Below, piece by piece: positions 1 through 10,748 of a DNA stretch of 64,000 bases. The stretch's first letter is position 1. Each line of letters opens with the position of its first letter. The stretch is from positions 19,075-83,074 of the forward strand of contig DUMO01000024.1 of the NCBI GenBank assembly GCA_012839865.1, written 5' to 3'. Made by a program: the position numbers and the translations under genes. The DNA is from Clostridiaceae bacterium. Lineage in GTDB: Bacteria; Bacillota; Clostridia; CAYPLH01; DUMO01. The notes below the pieces were generated by a model. It saw only the letters and a list, made by a program, of their open reading frames with translations, was not told where the DNA came from and made no database searches.

Positions 1-543
1 CAGGTTGAATGCCATGGCTTTCTCCAAATCACCTTTTTCTATCAAAAGGTAACCCAGGGTACCATAAACCACCGAAGTTTTATATGTTTCAATAATCTCC
101 TCAAGCTCCTTTATTGCTCCGTCCAGGTCTCCCCTTTTCCACATGGCAAGGGCCATATTCGACCTTGCAAACATCTTGTCGTCTTCATTAATATTTGAAT
201 TGATAACACTCTTAAACACTTCTTCAGCCCTGTCGATGTTTCCCATTTTAAGCTCCAGGTACCCGTAGGAAACCATGGTCCTCGGATTTGCGCTCTTGCA
301 GTTGTAAGCTTTGCTATACCAGGCTTTTGCTTCATCAATACAGCCCTTGTAATAATTCATGTTTCCAAACCAGGAGTATATTCCTGCCCTGTTCCTGTAT
401 GCCACGTACGCCAAAAGAAGCAGGAAAAGGCCAAGACCGGCCCATAGACTTACAAACCTTGCCAAAAGGTAAACAGCCAGCAAGGGTATCAAGATCTTCA
501 GAAACACTTTTTGGGTTAGAAATTTTAAAATAAGTCTTATCAT
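1..543 (-). CDS. TPR-repeat protein with N-terminal membrane anchor (N-terminal part only; runs off the window start)
   Basis: Minus-strand ORF with ATG at 541-543. Translation begins MIRLILKFLTQKVFLKILIPLLAVYLLARF (hydrophobic anchor) and continues with TPR-like helical repeats. It is absent from the ORF track because it is open at the window edge. Confidence 0.5.
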   Translation of the reverse strand, partial: MIRLILKFLTQKVFLKILIPLLAVYLLARFVSLWAGLGLFLLLLAYVAYRNRAGIYSWFGNMNYYKGCIDEAKAWYSKAYNCKSANPRTMVSYGYLELKMGNIDRAEEVFKSVINSNINEDDKMFARSNMALAMWKRGDLDGAIKELEEIIETYKTSVVYGTLGYLLIEKGDLEKAMAFNL

Positions 544-599
544 TTAAACCACCCGGATATATTTAATTTTTATTGCATATGATTATTCTATAAAAATTG

Positions 600-3185
600 C
601 TATACAATGACAAGCCCATTGTCATCCGCATCAACAGTTATAGTTTTGTTTTCCCTTATGTCTCCTTTAATTATCCGCTTGCCTATTTGTGTTTCAATGT
701 ACTTTTGCATATATCTTTTTACCGGCCTGGCACCGTATACAGGCGAGTAGGCGGCATTGGCAATGAACTTCTTTGCTTCATTTGTAATTTGAAGTTTGAT
801 ATTCATGTTGCCAAGCCTCTTTTGGATGTCGCAGACAGCCATATCTATAATCCTGATTATTTCATCAATTGACAATGACCTGAACATTACAATTTCATCA
901 ATACGGTTTAAAAATTCAGGCCTGAAATTTCTTCTGAGCTCGCCCATCACTTTTTCACCGGCTTCCGGAGTTATTTCGCCAAAATTTTGAATACTCTCCA
1001 TAATGTAATGACTGCCCAGGTTTGAAGTCATAATTACAACAGTATTCTTGAAATCCACCGTTCGTCCCTTGCTGTCGGTCAACCTGCCGTCATCAAGGAG
1101 CTGAAGCAAAATATTAAAAACATCTGAGTGGGCTTTTTCAATTTCATCAAAGAGTATGACCGAATAAGGCTTCCTGCGCACTGCTTCGGTAAGCTGCCCG
1201 CCTTCCTCGTAGCCCACATACCCTGGAGGAGCCCCGATAAGTCTTGCCACAGAATGTTTTTCCATATACTCGCTCATATCAATTCTGATTATATTTTCCT
1301 CCGAATCAAACAATGCTTCAGAGAGTGCCTTCGCCAACTCTGTTTTGCCGACACCCGTCGGACCCAGGAAAATGAATGAACCTATCGGCCTTCTGATATC
1401 CTTTAAGCCTGACCTGGCCCTTATAACAGCGTCACTCACAGCTGTTACTGCATCATCCTGTCCTACCACCCTCTTATGCAAAATTTCCTCGAGATTCATA
1501 AGTTTTTCCCGTTCAGACTCAACCAGCCTGGTTACAGGTATTCCTGTCCACCTGGAAACTATCTCGGCAATTTCTTCTTCTGTAACCTCCTCCTTGAGAA
1601 GCTGCCTTTTTGTGCTTTTCTGCCTTTCTATTTCCTGTTCAAGCCTTTTTTCTAGTTCAGGAAGTGTGCCGTGTTTCAAAACTGCAAGCTTGTCCAAATC
1701 ATATGACCTTTCGGCTTCCTCTATCTCACGTTTGACCTCTTCTATCTGACTCTTCAGTTCCTTTGCCCTCTTTATGTTCTCTTTTTCAAGCTCCAACTGT
1801 GCTTTCATGGCTTCATAGCGTTCCTTGAATTCAAGTATCTCTGTTTCAATCACCTGCAGCCGCTCTTTTGAAATTGTGTCATTTTCCTTTTTCAATGCCT
1901 GCCTTTCAATTTCCAGTTGCATTATTTTTCTGCTTATCTCATCAAGTTCTGCAGGCATGCTGTCAATCTCCATCCGGATCATTGAAGCTGCTTCATCCAT
2001 CAAGTCAATTGCCTTGTCCGGAAGAAACCTGTCGGATATATATCTGTCTGACAATACAGCACAGGCAATTATTGCATTATCCGTAATCCTGACTCCATGA
2101 TGTATTTCAAACCTTTCCTTTAGACCCCGCAGGATGGATATGGTATCTTCAACTGTAGGCTGGTCAACCATGACAGGTTGAAACCTTCTTTCAAGGGCGG
2201 CATCCTTTTCGATGTATTTGCGGTATTCATCCAGAGTCGTGGCTCCTATGCAATGGAGTTCCCCCCTTGCCAGCATCGGCTTCAGTAGGTTGCCGGCATC
2301 CATAGCCCCTTCAGCCTTCCCTGCACCCACAATATTGTGAAGCTCGTCAATAAAGAGAATGATTCTGCCTTCCGACCTGCTGATTTCCTTGAGTACAGCC
2401 TTCAGTCTCTCTTCAAACTCTCCCCTGTATTTTGCGCCTGCAATCAAAGCCCCCAAATCAAGGGCGTATATAGTTTTATCTTTAAGGCCTTCGGGTACGT
2501 CACCCTTAAGGATACGCTGCGCCAGGCCTTCCACGACAGCCGTCTTTCCTACCCCGGGCTCCCCGATCAATACTGGATTGTTTTTTGTTCTTCTTGACAG
2601 AATTCTGATTACACGCCTTATCTCCGAGTCTCTTCCTATTACAGGATCCAGGCTTCCTTTTCTGGCAAGCTCCACAAGGTCCCTTCCAAAACGGTTAAGG
2701 GCTTCGTATGTCTCTTCAGGATTTTTTGATGTTATCCTTTGATTGCTGCGGACCTTGCTTAAGGCTTCCAGAAATTTTTCAGTATTTATCCCGTATTTTC
2801 TGAATATTCTGGCGGATGGGGTGTTCCGCTCCCTTAATAGCGCCAGATATATGTGCTCGACTCCAACATACTCATCTTTGAACTTTTTTGCTTCATCACC
2901 GGCATAAATAAGGAGCTCGTTAAACCTTCTGGTGGCATAAAGCCCTTCTGAAGCTCCTCCATATACTTTTGGCAGCTTCTCCAATTCTGCCTCTACATCC
3001 CGGGCAACCATTTCAGGATTATATCCCAACACCTCAACAAGCCTTGGTATAAGGCCTTCTTCCTGCTTGAGCAAGGCATAATGCACATGCTCCCCGTCAA
3101 GCTGTTGGTGCCCCATCCTTACAGCCGTCTCCTGAGCTTGTTCTATCATCTGCTGCGCCTTCTCAGTAAATTTGTCAATACCCAT
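600..3185 (-). CDS. clpB: ATP-dependent chaperone ClpB (Hsp100 disaggregase)
   Basis: 861 aa with two AAA+ modules ([16 protein letters not shown] Walker A), a Clp N-terminal domain and a long coiled-coil middle domain. RBS AGGTGA precedes the ATG. Confidence 0.95.
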   Translation of the reverse strand: MGIDKFTEKAQQMIEQAQETAVRMGHQQLDGEHVHYALLKQEEGLIPRLVEVLGYNPEMVARDVEAELEKLPKVYGGASEGLYATRRFNELLIYAGDEAKKFKDEYVGVEHIYLALLRERNTPSARIFRKYGINTEKFLEALSKVRSNQRITSKNPEETYEALNRFGRDLVELARKGSLDPVIGRDSEIRRVIRILSRRTKNNPVLIGEPGVGKTAVVEGLAQRILKGDVPEGLKDKTIYALDLGALIAGAKYRGEFEERLKAVLKEISRSEGRIILFIDELHNIVGAGKAEGAMDAGNLLKPMLARGELHCIGATTLDEYRKYIEKDAALERRFQPVMVDQPTVEDTISILRGLKERFEIHHGVRITDNAIIACAVLSDRYISDRFLPDKAIDLMDEAASMIRMEIDSMPAELDEISRKIMQLEIERQALKKENDTISKERLQVIETEILEFKERYEAMKAQLELEKENIKRAKELKSQIEEVKREIEEAERSYDLDKLAVLKHGTLPELEKRLEQEIERQKSTKRQLLKEEVTEEEIAEIVSRWTGIPVTRLVESEREKLMNLEEILHKRVVGQDDAVTAVSDAVIRARSGLKDIRRPIGSFIFLGPTGVGKTELAKALSEALFDSEENIIRIDMSEYMEKHSVARLIGAPPGYVGYEEGGQLTEAVRRKPYSVILFDEIEKAHSDVFNILLQLLDDGRLTDSKGRTVDFKNTVVIMTSNLGSHYIMESIQNFGEITPEAGEKVMGELRRNFRPEFLNRIDEIVMFRSLSIDEIIRIIDMAVCDIQKRLGNMNIKLQITNEAKKFIANAAYSPVYGARPVKRYMQKYIETQIGKRIIKGDIRENKTITVDADDNGLVIV

Positions 3186-3222
3186 GAAAAATCACCTGTC
3201 TTGCATAAAAATATAATTTAAC

Positions 3223-3241
3223 TTTGACTATCTTTGACTAT
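3223..3241 (-). promoter_or_regulatory. CtsR operator (tandem heptad AGTCAAA-GAT-AGTCAAA) in the clpB promoter
   Basis: The minus strand reads ATAGTCAAAGATAGTCAAAG. This is an exact fit to the CtsR direct-repeat consensus (A/G)GTCAAA-NAN-(A/G)GTCAAA, about 40 bp upstream of the clpB ATG. Confidence 0.6.
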
Positions 3242-3621
3242 TGTATTAATATTACACCCTTTCCAAAGAAAATGCAATAGCGTTGAAAATATTTATGCAA
3301 ATATAACCGGTCTTTTTTATGAAATGTTACAGTTGCCCATGTCAAAGTTCACTTCGCGTAATGGTTCACTCGGTAAAAGGAATGTGTGCAGAATAATAAC
3401 AGTTGGCTTTATTTTGTTAGAAAACCAGGTGAGCTGAAGGCAAAAATGCGAGAAAAAAACTTCCACTCATACAATCAGCCCGATACCTCCTTTCAGCTTT
3501 CTTTCATTGAAGCTTGCATCCTCCATATGGTATACTTTAATTAAACTAAATTGAAAGGGTGGTCTGTGTGGGGTTGAAGATATCTGCCGTGAGATCTGAC
3601 AAGGAGAAAAAGGAGTTTATA

Positions 3622-4695
3622 ATGCTTCCTTTCAGGATATACAAGGATAACAAGTACTGGGTGCCACCTTTAATAAGTGATATGAAAGACACACTTGACG
3701 AGTCAAAAAATCCCCTGTTTTTAAAAGGTGAACATGAGCTATTCATAGCTATTCTTGACGGTAAAACAGTCGGTCGAATCTGCACAGGGTATGATAATAC
3801 GTTATTGGAGCTTAGGCATGATAATTCAGGCTACATAACAATGTTTGAATGCATAGACAATTATGAAGTGGCCAGGGTGCTTTTTGATACGGCAATAAAA
3901 TGGCTGAAGGATAAGGGTTATAGCAGTGTAAGGGGTCCGATTTCCCCAAAAGGCGGAGGAAGCGATGAATGCAGAGGACTCCTTGTCAACGCCTTTGACC
4001 AGTCCCCTGTATTAATGAATTCATATAATCCTGAATACTATGTTGATTTTTTTGATAATTACGGATTCAAAAAATACTTGGATTTATATGCTTATCTTCT
4101 GGATCCAAAGCTCATGTTTGACAAGAATCCCGAGAAAACCATTCTATATGCTCAAAAAAGATACAATTTCAGGGTGGACCCCATCAACCTGAAAAAAATT
4201 GATGATGAAATACATGCAATCAAGTATATTCTTGACCTGGCTGTACCTGAAGAATGGGCAGACATGGCTCCCCCTACCCTTGAAGAGGTCAGGAGCATGG
4301 CGGACCAACTAATGAAATTTGCCGATCCGGATATTATTCCAATTGCACGTTCCGGAGACGAACCAATAGGTTTTGGTATAGCCCTACCTGACTATAACCA
4401 GGTGCTGAAGCATATGAACGGTCGCATGAACCCGTTAAGCATTATGAAATTCTTATGGTATAAACGCAAAATCGATTGTGCCAGATTTTTTGTAATGTTT
4501 GTTATACCATCTTTCAGAAAAAAGGGCGTTTCTTATGCAATATATTATTTTACTTTCGTAAACGGGCTTAAAAAAGGCTACCGGTGGGGTGAAGGGTCCA
4601 CCATAGGGGAAACCAATACAAATATGCGCACTGATATAGAAAACTGTGGCGGCAAGCATTATAAAACCTATAGAATTTATCAACTGGATTTTTAG
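3622..4695 (+). CDS. Conserved hypothetical protein, probable tandem GNAT-fold acyltransferase-like protein
   Basis: 378-aa ORF. The likely true start is the internal MLPFRIYKDNKYW at 3622. It has no signal peptide and no TM segment. The family assignment rests on sequence similarity from memory and is weak. Confidence 0.45.
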   Translation: MLPFRIYKDNKYWVPPLISDMKDTLDESKNPLFLKGEHELFIAILDGKTVGRICTGYDNTLLELRHDNSGYITMFECIDNYEVARVLFDTAIKWLKDKGYSSVRGPISPKGGGSDECRGLLVNAFDQSPVLMNSYNPEYYVDFFDNYGFKKYLDLYAYLLDPKLMFDKNPEKTILYAQKRYNFRVDPINLKKIDDEIHAIKYILDLAVPEEWADMAPPTLEEVRSMADQLMKFADPDIIPIARSGDEPIGFGIALPDYNQVLKHMNGRMNPLSIMKFLWYKRKIDCARFFVMFVIPSFRKKGVSYAIYYFTFVNGLKKGYRWGEGSTIGETNTNMRTDIENCGGKHYKTYRIYQLDF

Positions 4696-4854
4696 TGGAG
4701 CAGGAGGCTAAAACATACTTACCCTTTCGGTTTTCTAATCAGACAAATCTGATCTCAACTCCAAAAGCGGATAGTCCGCAATTTCATGGTGTGGATTGCA
4801 TTTTTAAGCATATTCGGTTCCTGGCATATATTGTGCAGCAATTACAGGCAGAAT

Positions 4855-4886
4855 GGCAGGACAGTCTGAAGATTCCCTGTCCTGCC
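4855..4886. terminator. Stem-loop between convergent genes (10-bp stem GGCAGGACAG/CTGTCCTGCC)
   Basis: Perfect 10-bp inverted repeat with a 12-nt loop, followed by T-rich sequence. It lies in the gap between the plus-strand and minus-strand genes. Confidence 0.4.
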
Positions 4887-4891
4887 TTGTC

Positions 4892-5149
4892 CTAATTTAA
4901 ATCTATATATTTCGCTGTTATTCCTTCCAGCCTGTTGAGCTCATTAACCAAGCCCTCAACGTCCTCTTTATTGCCACATGGCTGCAGTACAATAAGCCCG
5001 TCATTTGAACAATCTTCGTCTCTTACTTCATGCATTCCCAGACGGGTTTTTATTTTACAACCGTTTTTTGTAAGCACCTCCTGAAATTTTACCGCATTGT
5101 CAATTCTGTTGTCCATTCGAACACCAATAATATAATAACAAGACATCAA
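4892..5149 (-). CDS. TM1266-like small ACT-fold protein (putative iron-only hydrogenase system regulator family)
   Basis: 85 aa, beginning YIIGVRMDNRIDNAVKFQEVLTKNGCKIKTRLGMHE with IVLQPCG further on. This matches the TM1266/TIGR03959 pattern recalled from memory (YVLGIVVENR...VLTKFG...GRMG). Confidence 0.55.
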   Translation of the reverse strand: MMSCYYIIGVRMDNRIDNAVKFQEVLTKNGCKIKTRLGMHEVRDEDCSNDGLIVLQPCGNKEDVEGLVNELNRLEGITAKYIDLN

Positions 5150-5299
5150 ACAACCCTCCTCAGCACTAATAGTTAAATTATAATTTCATTTATACCCGGT
5201 TTTTCACTTTTAATACTAACAAAGCCGGCATCCGAAGCTTTGCAATGCAATACATTTACCTGACCCACAGCGGCTTTCAACGTATGGCTGCCAGCCGTG

Positions 5300-5329
5300 G
5301 CCGGGAAAATAAAAAGAGGTTGCCTCTTC
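5300..5329 (-). terminator. Rho-independent terminator after the GT2 gene
   Basis: The minus-strand RNA forms AAGAGGcaaCCUCUU followed by UUUUAUUUU. Confidence 0.55.
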
Positions 5330-5439
5330 AAGACAGCCCCTGCTATTAATCTATTTAATTTTTCCCGTCATTCTGTTTCATTTATTTAAAAATTCAACTT
5401 TTACTCTGTGCTTTTTAACTTTCCACCAAGCAATGTAAA

Positions 5440-6636
5440 TTACTCGTCGTCATCCTCTTCTACCGACAGAACGGAATCGTCAACGGATATTGATGTAATA
5501 TGCCCGCCTTTTTCCACCTCATATTTAATTCCTCTCCATGTGACGGTAGGAGTAGTTTTCATTGCATATAAAAGATAGAAGGTCCCGAAAATGTCAAAAA
5601 ACAAGCCCATGAAAACATCGACAGGGTAAATCTTGTCTCCGACAATATATCGCATCATCAAACCTTGCATTGTTCTTATTGTCATAAAAACAAAACTTGC
5701 AAAAAGCAGGATTTTATTCTGAAGCATGGCTCCTACAATAAAGATGCCCCAATACCAGAACAACATCAATACAAAAGCGGGAAGCTCAAATTGTATATGT
5801 GTTCTGATGCCTATGGCGATGCGCTTTGCATAATTGAGGGATTTTTCAATTCCAAGCTTATCAACGTGACACTCTATAAATGGTCCTAAAACAATTTTGT
5901 ATCCCATTTCATAAAGCGTATTTCCAAGGTACAAATCCTCCAGAAGCGAAGTCCCAAATCGCTCCAGACCGCCAATTTCCTCTATCACTTCTTTTCTCAT
6001 TGCAAAGGCGGCACCGGTTATTCCCACATCCATGCCTAATTTGCAAAGGAAAGCCCAGATAAAATCCGTTTCATTGTTCTGAATAAACGTAAAAAATTTG
6101 GTTGGGAAATCGTGTCCTCCGATATTTATCTGGCCACAGGTGGTTACTCCTACTTTGCTGTCCTTCAACGGCCTGATCATTTTCAGAATAAAATCGCGTT
6201 TTACCCTGGTATCGCTGTCTCCAAAAAGAAGATAATTGTATTTCGCATTTTTTATTCCGTTTACCATATTTGATGTTTTGCCGTTGAGACCGCTTGCTAT
6301 CGGATTCACAATTATCGAAATATCAATATCGGAATACTTTTGCTTAAGATTTTCTACCACTTTAATTGCAGGATCATTGGGGTCCTGAAAGCTGAAAATG
6401 TGCTGAATTGGTCCCTGGTAGTCTTGATTAAGCCATGATTCAAGGTTCTTTTCCAGTTCGTAATCGAGATCCTTTATGGGATGAATTACACTTACTCCTG
6501 TGTCGGCATCGCTATTGTCCGAGTTGATAATTTTATTTGTCCAGTCCAGGTGAATTTTTACAAAAACCAGTTGTGCAACATAGAACGTACAAAAAAGAAT
6601 TCCAAACCCTATAACAAAATACATCATATGCCCCAC
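5440..6636 (-). CDS. Membrane family-2 glycosyltransferase (ceramide-glucosyltransferase-like, GT2/GT21 type)
   Basis: 398 aa with an N-terminal TM helix, a GT-A core with a D-x-D-like GDSD motif, and several C-terminal TM helices. Acidic C-terminal tail. Confidence 0.6.
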   Translation of the reverse strand: MGHMMYFVIGFGILFCTFYVAQLVFVKIHLDWTNKIINSDNSDADTGVSVIHPIKDLDYELEKNLESWLNQDYQGPIQHIFSFQDPNDPAIKVVENLKQKYSDIDISIIVNPIASGLNGKTSNMVNGIKNAKYNYLLFGDSDTRVKRDFILKMIRPLKDSKVGVTTCGQINIGGHDFPTKFFTFIQNNETDFIWAFLCKLGMDVGITGAAFAMRKEVIEEIGGLERFGTSLLEDLYLGNTLYEMGYKIVLGPFIECHVDKLGIEKSLNYAKRIAIGIRTHIQFELPAFVLMLFWYWGIFIVGAMLQNKILLFASFVFMTIRTMQGLMMRYIVGDKIYPVDVFMGLFFDIFGTFYLLYAMKTTPTVTWRGIKYEVEKGGHITSISVDDSVLSVEEDDDE

Positions 6637-6887
6637 CCTTATACTTTAATGTAGTTTACCGCAAAACAAACCTTTATAAAAAACTACCACCATTATGTAA
6701 TATTATATAAGCTTATCTGTAAACATACAACAATTATTTTAGCTTCATACGGCCATCAGCGGAATATGGCAGTTGCTTAAAGACCTCTGTAACTATTTTA
6801 TGAACACTGCAAAGATAATATGGCAAACTTAAAATTTTGTGGCATAAAACCAATCTTACGCATACATATATACTGGGTGATAATATA

Positions 6888-8162
6888 ATGGAAACTTTAA
6901 GATTGGGCATGAGAGGTCCCTATGTGAAGCTCGTCCAAAGCCTGCTTGCCAGAATTGGTTACAATCCCGGACCTGTAGACGGCATTTTTGGTCCGCAAAC
7001 CCAGCAGGCGGTAATTGCCTTTCAAAGAGATAACGGTCTTCTTGCTGACGGTATTGTAGGACCCAATACGTGGAGTGTCTTCAATAGATTCCTTCTTGGA
7101 TATGCAAGATACACAATCCAGCCGGGAGATACCCTATACAACATAGCACCCAGGTTTTTTACAACTGTAAATGCCATATTGACTGCAAATCCCGGTATCA
7201 ATCCGCTTATGCTCAGAGTCGGGCAGCAGATAACCGTTCCATATGGAATTGATGTTGTATTTACAGACGTGGACTATACTTACAGAATTCTTCAAATGGA
7301 CCTGGAAGGGTTGAGAGCCCGCTACCCTTTTCTGGAGATAGGAGTTGCCGGTCAGAGTGTTCTTGGCAAGAACCTTTATTATGTGAGGATAGGCCGTGGA
7401 TCCTGCAGGATTCATTACAACGGGGCACATCATGCCAACGAATGGATTACAACACCTTTGCTCATGAAATTTATTGAAAATTTTTCAAAGGCCTATTCAA
7501 GGGGAGGAAGCATAAGAGGTTACAGCACCACCGACATCTGGAACAGGTGCAGCATCTATATCATACCCATGGTCAACCCGGATGGTGTGGACCTGTCAAT
7601 TGAAGGATTGAGCCCTCAGAATCCTTATTACAATCAGCTGCTGCAATGGAATGATACCGGTCTTCCATTTTCACAGGTCTGGAAAGCCAATATTCGAGGA
7701 GTCGATCTGAATGTAAACTACCCTGCAGAATGGGAGCGAGCAAGGGAAATCGCCCAATCACTAGGAATAACCGGGCCGGGTCCTGAAAGGTACGTAGGTC
7801 CTGAGCCCCTCTCTGAACCTGAAACCCGGGCAATGGCTGAATTTACAAGACAACATGATTTTCAACTGGTTATTGCATACCACACTCAAGGGAGGGTGAT
7901 TTACTATAATTTCAATAACCTTGAACCACCGATTTCTCTCCCGATTGCCCGGCTTTTTGCTCAAGTAAGCGGCTACAGGGTTGCCATAGTACCAGCGATG
8001 GACGCTTATGCGGGATACAAGGATTGGTTCATACAGGAGTTCCGACGCCCGGGATTTACAATGGAAGTAGGGCTTGGCGTTAATCCGTTGCCACTGGCAC
8101 AGTTTAATGCCATATATGAAGATAATGAAGAAGTCATGCTCCTTGCACCATACCAGGTATAA
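6888..8162 (+). CDS. Gamma-D-glutamyl-L-diamino-acid peptidase (M14 zinc carboxypeptidase) with PG-binding and LysM domains
   Basis: A PG_binding_1 motif (GPVDGIFGPQT...ADGIVGPNTW), a LysM motif (YTIQPGDTLYNIA...VGQQITVP) and an M14 catalytic core (HANEW...NPDG). The start was taken at METLRLGM. Confidence 0.8.
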   Translation: METLRLGMRGPYVKLVQSLLARIGYNPGPVDGIFGPQTQQAVIAFQRDNGLLADGIVGPNTWSVFNRFLLGYARYTIQPGDTLYNIAPRFFTTVNAILTANPGINPLMLRVGQQITVPYGIDVVFTDVDYTYRILQMDLEGLRARYPFLEIGVAGQSVLGKNLYYVRIGRGSCRIHYNGAHHANEWITTPLLMKFIENFSKAYSRGGSIRGYSTTDIWNRCSIYIIPMVNPDGVDLSIEGLSPQNPYYNQLLQWNDTGLPFSQVWKANIRGVDLNVNYPAEWERAREIAQSLGITGPGPERYVGPEPLSEPETRAMAEFTRQHDFQLVIAYHTQGRVIYYNFNNLEPPISLPIARLFAQVSGYRVAIVPAMDAYAGYKDWFIQEFRRPGFTMEVGLGVNPLPLAQFNAIYEDNEEVMLLAPYQV

Positions 8163-8276
8163 TTATGCTTTTTATAACAGCAGGACAATAAAGAAGTTGG
8201 TTTTGCGCCCTTTGTTGATTAAATAAATAATAATGAAAGCTCTACTTCCATTGCTGCTTTTTTACCTGTTAAATGT

Positions 8277-10088
8277 TCACTGCTTTTTTTCCGTTGCCGC
8301 TCTTTTCACGGGCTCAAGTATTTCAATAACCAATATGATAATAAGTATTTCTGTTATTAAAAGCCCCCGTGGTGTATAGACAGTACTGAGAGCGAGATTC
8401 AGCAGCCCCCCTGCAGATATTGTAGTAACCAGCATCAGCAAAACAGCCTTTATCGTATCCACCGCTCCCAATTCTCTGAGCAATACCGTAAAAGTGGCTG
8501 TACAGGGGAAATATAGAATAAGAATAATCACCGCTACAAAGGTTTGGGTGCTGTTCAGATTAAGGGGAGCAAGCATGGCAACTGCGGTATCTTTTCTTAT
8601 TATTCCGATAATCAGTGCCAGGACGGCATCCTGAGGCAACCCGAAAACACCGGTTATCAAAGGTTCTGCAAGTTTTCCCATTAGTTTTATGATTCCGGTT
8701 ATCCTGAGCACATTAATGAAAGCAATTCCTCCCAGAACATATGGCATGGCATCTTTGAAAAAACAAGTCATTCGCATTCTGATTTTTTTAAGCTGGGCAT
8801 TAATCCCAGGCAGCCTGTAAGGAGGAACTTCCATGAGTAAGGACGGGGTTATACCTTTTACAGTGCTTTTCAAAAACAATCCAAGTATGCACCAAACAGT
8901 CAGTAATGTACATATAACCAACAAAACAAAAATGCCGTCATTCTCTCCCACCATTCGCATTACCAGCGCTGTTTGCGCCATACATGGAATTGTGATGCCT
9001 GTCAGTACGGCTGTGATGAACCTTTCCCTCCGTGTTTCCAGGTTCCTTACGGCAAGGATTCCCGGGACATTGCAGCCGCAGGCAAGAAACATGGGGATTA
9101 TGGAAAACCCATGAAGTCCGGCTTTTTTAAGCAGCCTGTCAAATATAACTGCAACCCTCGGAAGAAACCCAAGGTCTTCAAGAAAACCGAATACCAAATA
9201 GAAAAGAAAAACATAAGGCAAGACAATTCCGAAAGATACATAAACACCGGTGGTAAGCACCCCCATGGCGGCTTCAAAGTCCACACCTCCTGCACCCGTC
9301 TCACCTATTAAAATTTCGTGCAGGAAGCCTGAACCTCCTAAGAATTTGCTTATGGTGAGAATTACATGGGAATAGTATTTTTCAAAAGCTGAAAGCACTG
9401 TTTTTTCAATCAGCTTTCCCAATCTCATAATTCCGGTAAAGGCAGCATACAGTACACCGCAGGAAAGAACCGGACCAAGCACGGGATTTACAAAAAGATC
9501 CTGTATGTATTCAATTGTTGTGTGTTTCCTGCCGGACAGGTTCTGAACCTTGTCAACAATAAAACCTATTGTCTTCCACCTGTCCTTGTCCATCCAATTT
9601 GTCTCAGGAGCCTGTTTTGCGTTAAGGACAGCATCTGCAAGGCAGGAAATCCCCTCCCCGCTCCGCCCGCTCGTGGGAATCACTTTTATGCCCAGGATGG
9701 CAGAAAGCTTGTCCACATCAATTTGGATGCCTTTATGCTTTGTTTCATCCCACATGTTTAAGGCCATGACAATCGGTTTGCCGATTTTCATAAGCTGCAG
9801 CGTGAGGTTGAGATTTCGCTCAAGATTGGTGGCATCTACCACATTTAAAAGTACATCTCCTGTTGCAATCATTTGGGCGGCAACTTTCTCAGCGGCAGCT
9901 TCAGGATTCAACTGGTAAATTCCAGGCACATCAACTATTTCAATGGTTTTCCCCTTCCAATTCATGGTTCCTGAAAAAAACTCCACGGTAGTTCCGGGGT
10001 AATTGGATGTGGTAACATCAATACCGGTTAATTTTGAAAATATTGCGCTTTTCCCTACATTCGGATTGCCTGTCAGAAGCACTCTCAT
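8277..10088 (-). CDS. feoB: Ferrous iron transporter FeoB
   Basis: N-terminal G-domain (GNPNVGKS, DVPG) followed by a polytopic permease domain. 603 aa. Confidence 0.95.
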   Translation of the reverse strand: MRVLLTGNPNVGKSAIFSKLTGIDVTTSNYPGTTVEFFSGTMNWKGKTIEIVDVPGIYQLNPEAAAEKVAAQMIATGDVLLNVVDATNLERNLNLTLQLMKIGKPIVMALNMWDETKHKGIQIDVDKLSAILGIKVIPTSGRSGEGISCLADAVLNAKQAPETNWMDKDRWKTIGFIVDKVQNLSGRKHTTIEYIQDLFVNPVLGPVLSCGVLYAAFTGIMRLGKLIEKTVLSAFEKYYSHVILTISKFLGGSGFLHEILIGETGAGGVDFEAAMGVLTTGVYVSFGIVLPYVFLFYLVFGFLEDLGFLPRVAVIFDRLLKKAGLHGFSIIPMFLACGCNVPGILAVRNLETRRERFITAVLTGITIPCMAQTALVMRMVGENDGIFVLLVICTLLTVWCILGLFLKSTVKGITPSLLMEVPPYRLPGINAQLKKIRMRMTCFFKDAMPYVLGGIAFINVLRITGIIKLMGKLAEPLITGVFGLPQDAVLALIIGIIRKDTAVAMLAPLNLNSTQTFVAVIILILYFPCTATFTVLLRELGAVDTIKAVLLMLVTTISAGGLLNLALSTVYTPRGLLITEILIIILVIEILEPVKRAATEKKQ

Positions 10089-10277
10089 GCTAAATTACCC
10101 CATTCTCCTTCAACTTTTGTCATACCTTTTAATCTGATGAAAGTAATCCTGTACTGTGACTTTAAAATAAAATTTTCAAGAAATCTCTGTGGTTCCCGGA
10201 TGAATTTGATTGGTCAAAGTATGGCTGCAAACATTTCACCTTTTCTGAAACACCTTAAGCATCTCCGATATCTTTGA

Positions 10278-10523
10278 TTAAACTTCCACCCTGATGATGA
10301 CATTCCGGGCAAGGTCAAATCCGACTGCTATTTCCAAATTTCCAACGGCAGCTATTATGGGTCCCTGCCCCATCTGCTGAACTTTTTTCATCAATACAGT
10401 TCCTTTTCTTATACCAAGCACCTCCAGCCGCTCTCTTACATGCTTGTCCCCAAGCACGGCAATGACTTTGCCTGTTTGCCCCTCTTTACATGAAGCAAGG
10501 GAAATACACCCGGTTCCTTTCAT
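10278..10523 (-). CDS. feoA: FeoA family protein
   Basis: A small SH3-like FeoA pattern (GQTGKVIAV...RLEVLGIRKGTVL...GPIIAAV). The start was taken at the internal MKGTGC, directly upstream of feoB. Confidence 0.75.
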   Translation of the reverse strand: MKGTGCISLASCKEGQTGKVIAVLGDKHVRERLEVLGIRKGTVLMKKVQQMGQGPIIAAVGNLEIAVGFDLARNVIIRVEV

Positions 10524-10613
10524 TGTCAAACTCCCTCGATATACATTAATAAATAGCCAAAAAACATGCCTGGCATAAAGCCTGTACAAAAATATTTATA
10601 TGATATTTCCCGT

Positions 10614-10632
10614 ATGATAATTATTATTAATG
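10614..10632 (-). promoter_or_regulatory. Candidate Fur box upstream of feoA
   Basis: TGATAATTATTATTAATG is an AT-rich 19-mer resembling GATAATGATAATCATTATC. It lies about 90 bp upstream of the feoA start. Confidence 0.3.
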
Positions 10633-10689
10633 TGGTCATCCAAGATGATGCCTTTATTATGGCGGTAGATATTGCAATTTTATTCAAAA

Positions 10690-10708
10690 TGCTGCCTTCC
10701 TGGCAGGT
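10690..10708 (-). terminator. Hairpin terminator after cca (CUGCC-aggaa-GGCAG, then a U-rich run)
   Basis: An inverted repeat immediately after the cca stop on the minus strand. It separates cca from the feoAB promoter. Confidence 0.4.
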
Positions 10709-10748
10709 TGAAAATTTGAAAGTTCCGGTTTTGAATATTTAAAAAAAT

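Noticed and set aside
1128-2742. Several 80-134-aa plus-strand ORFs inside clpB (for example 1345-1749 and 1825-2100)
   Set aside because: They are antisense to a confidently identified gene. Their S/L/C-rich low-complexity translations are typical of the wrong frame of a K/E-rich coiled-coil.
8833-9311. 93-aa and 112-aa plus-strand ORFs inside feoB
   Set aside because: They are antisense to feoB with no RBS.
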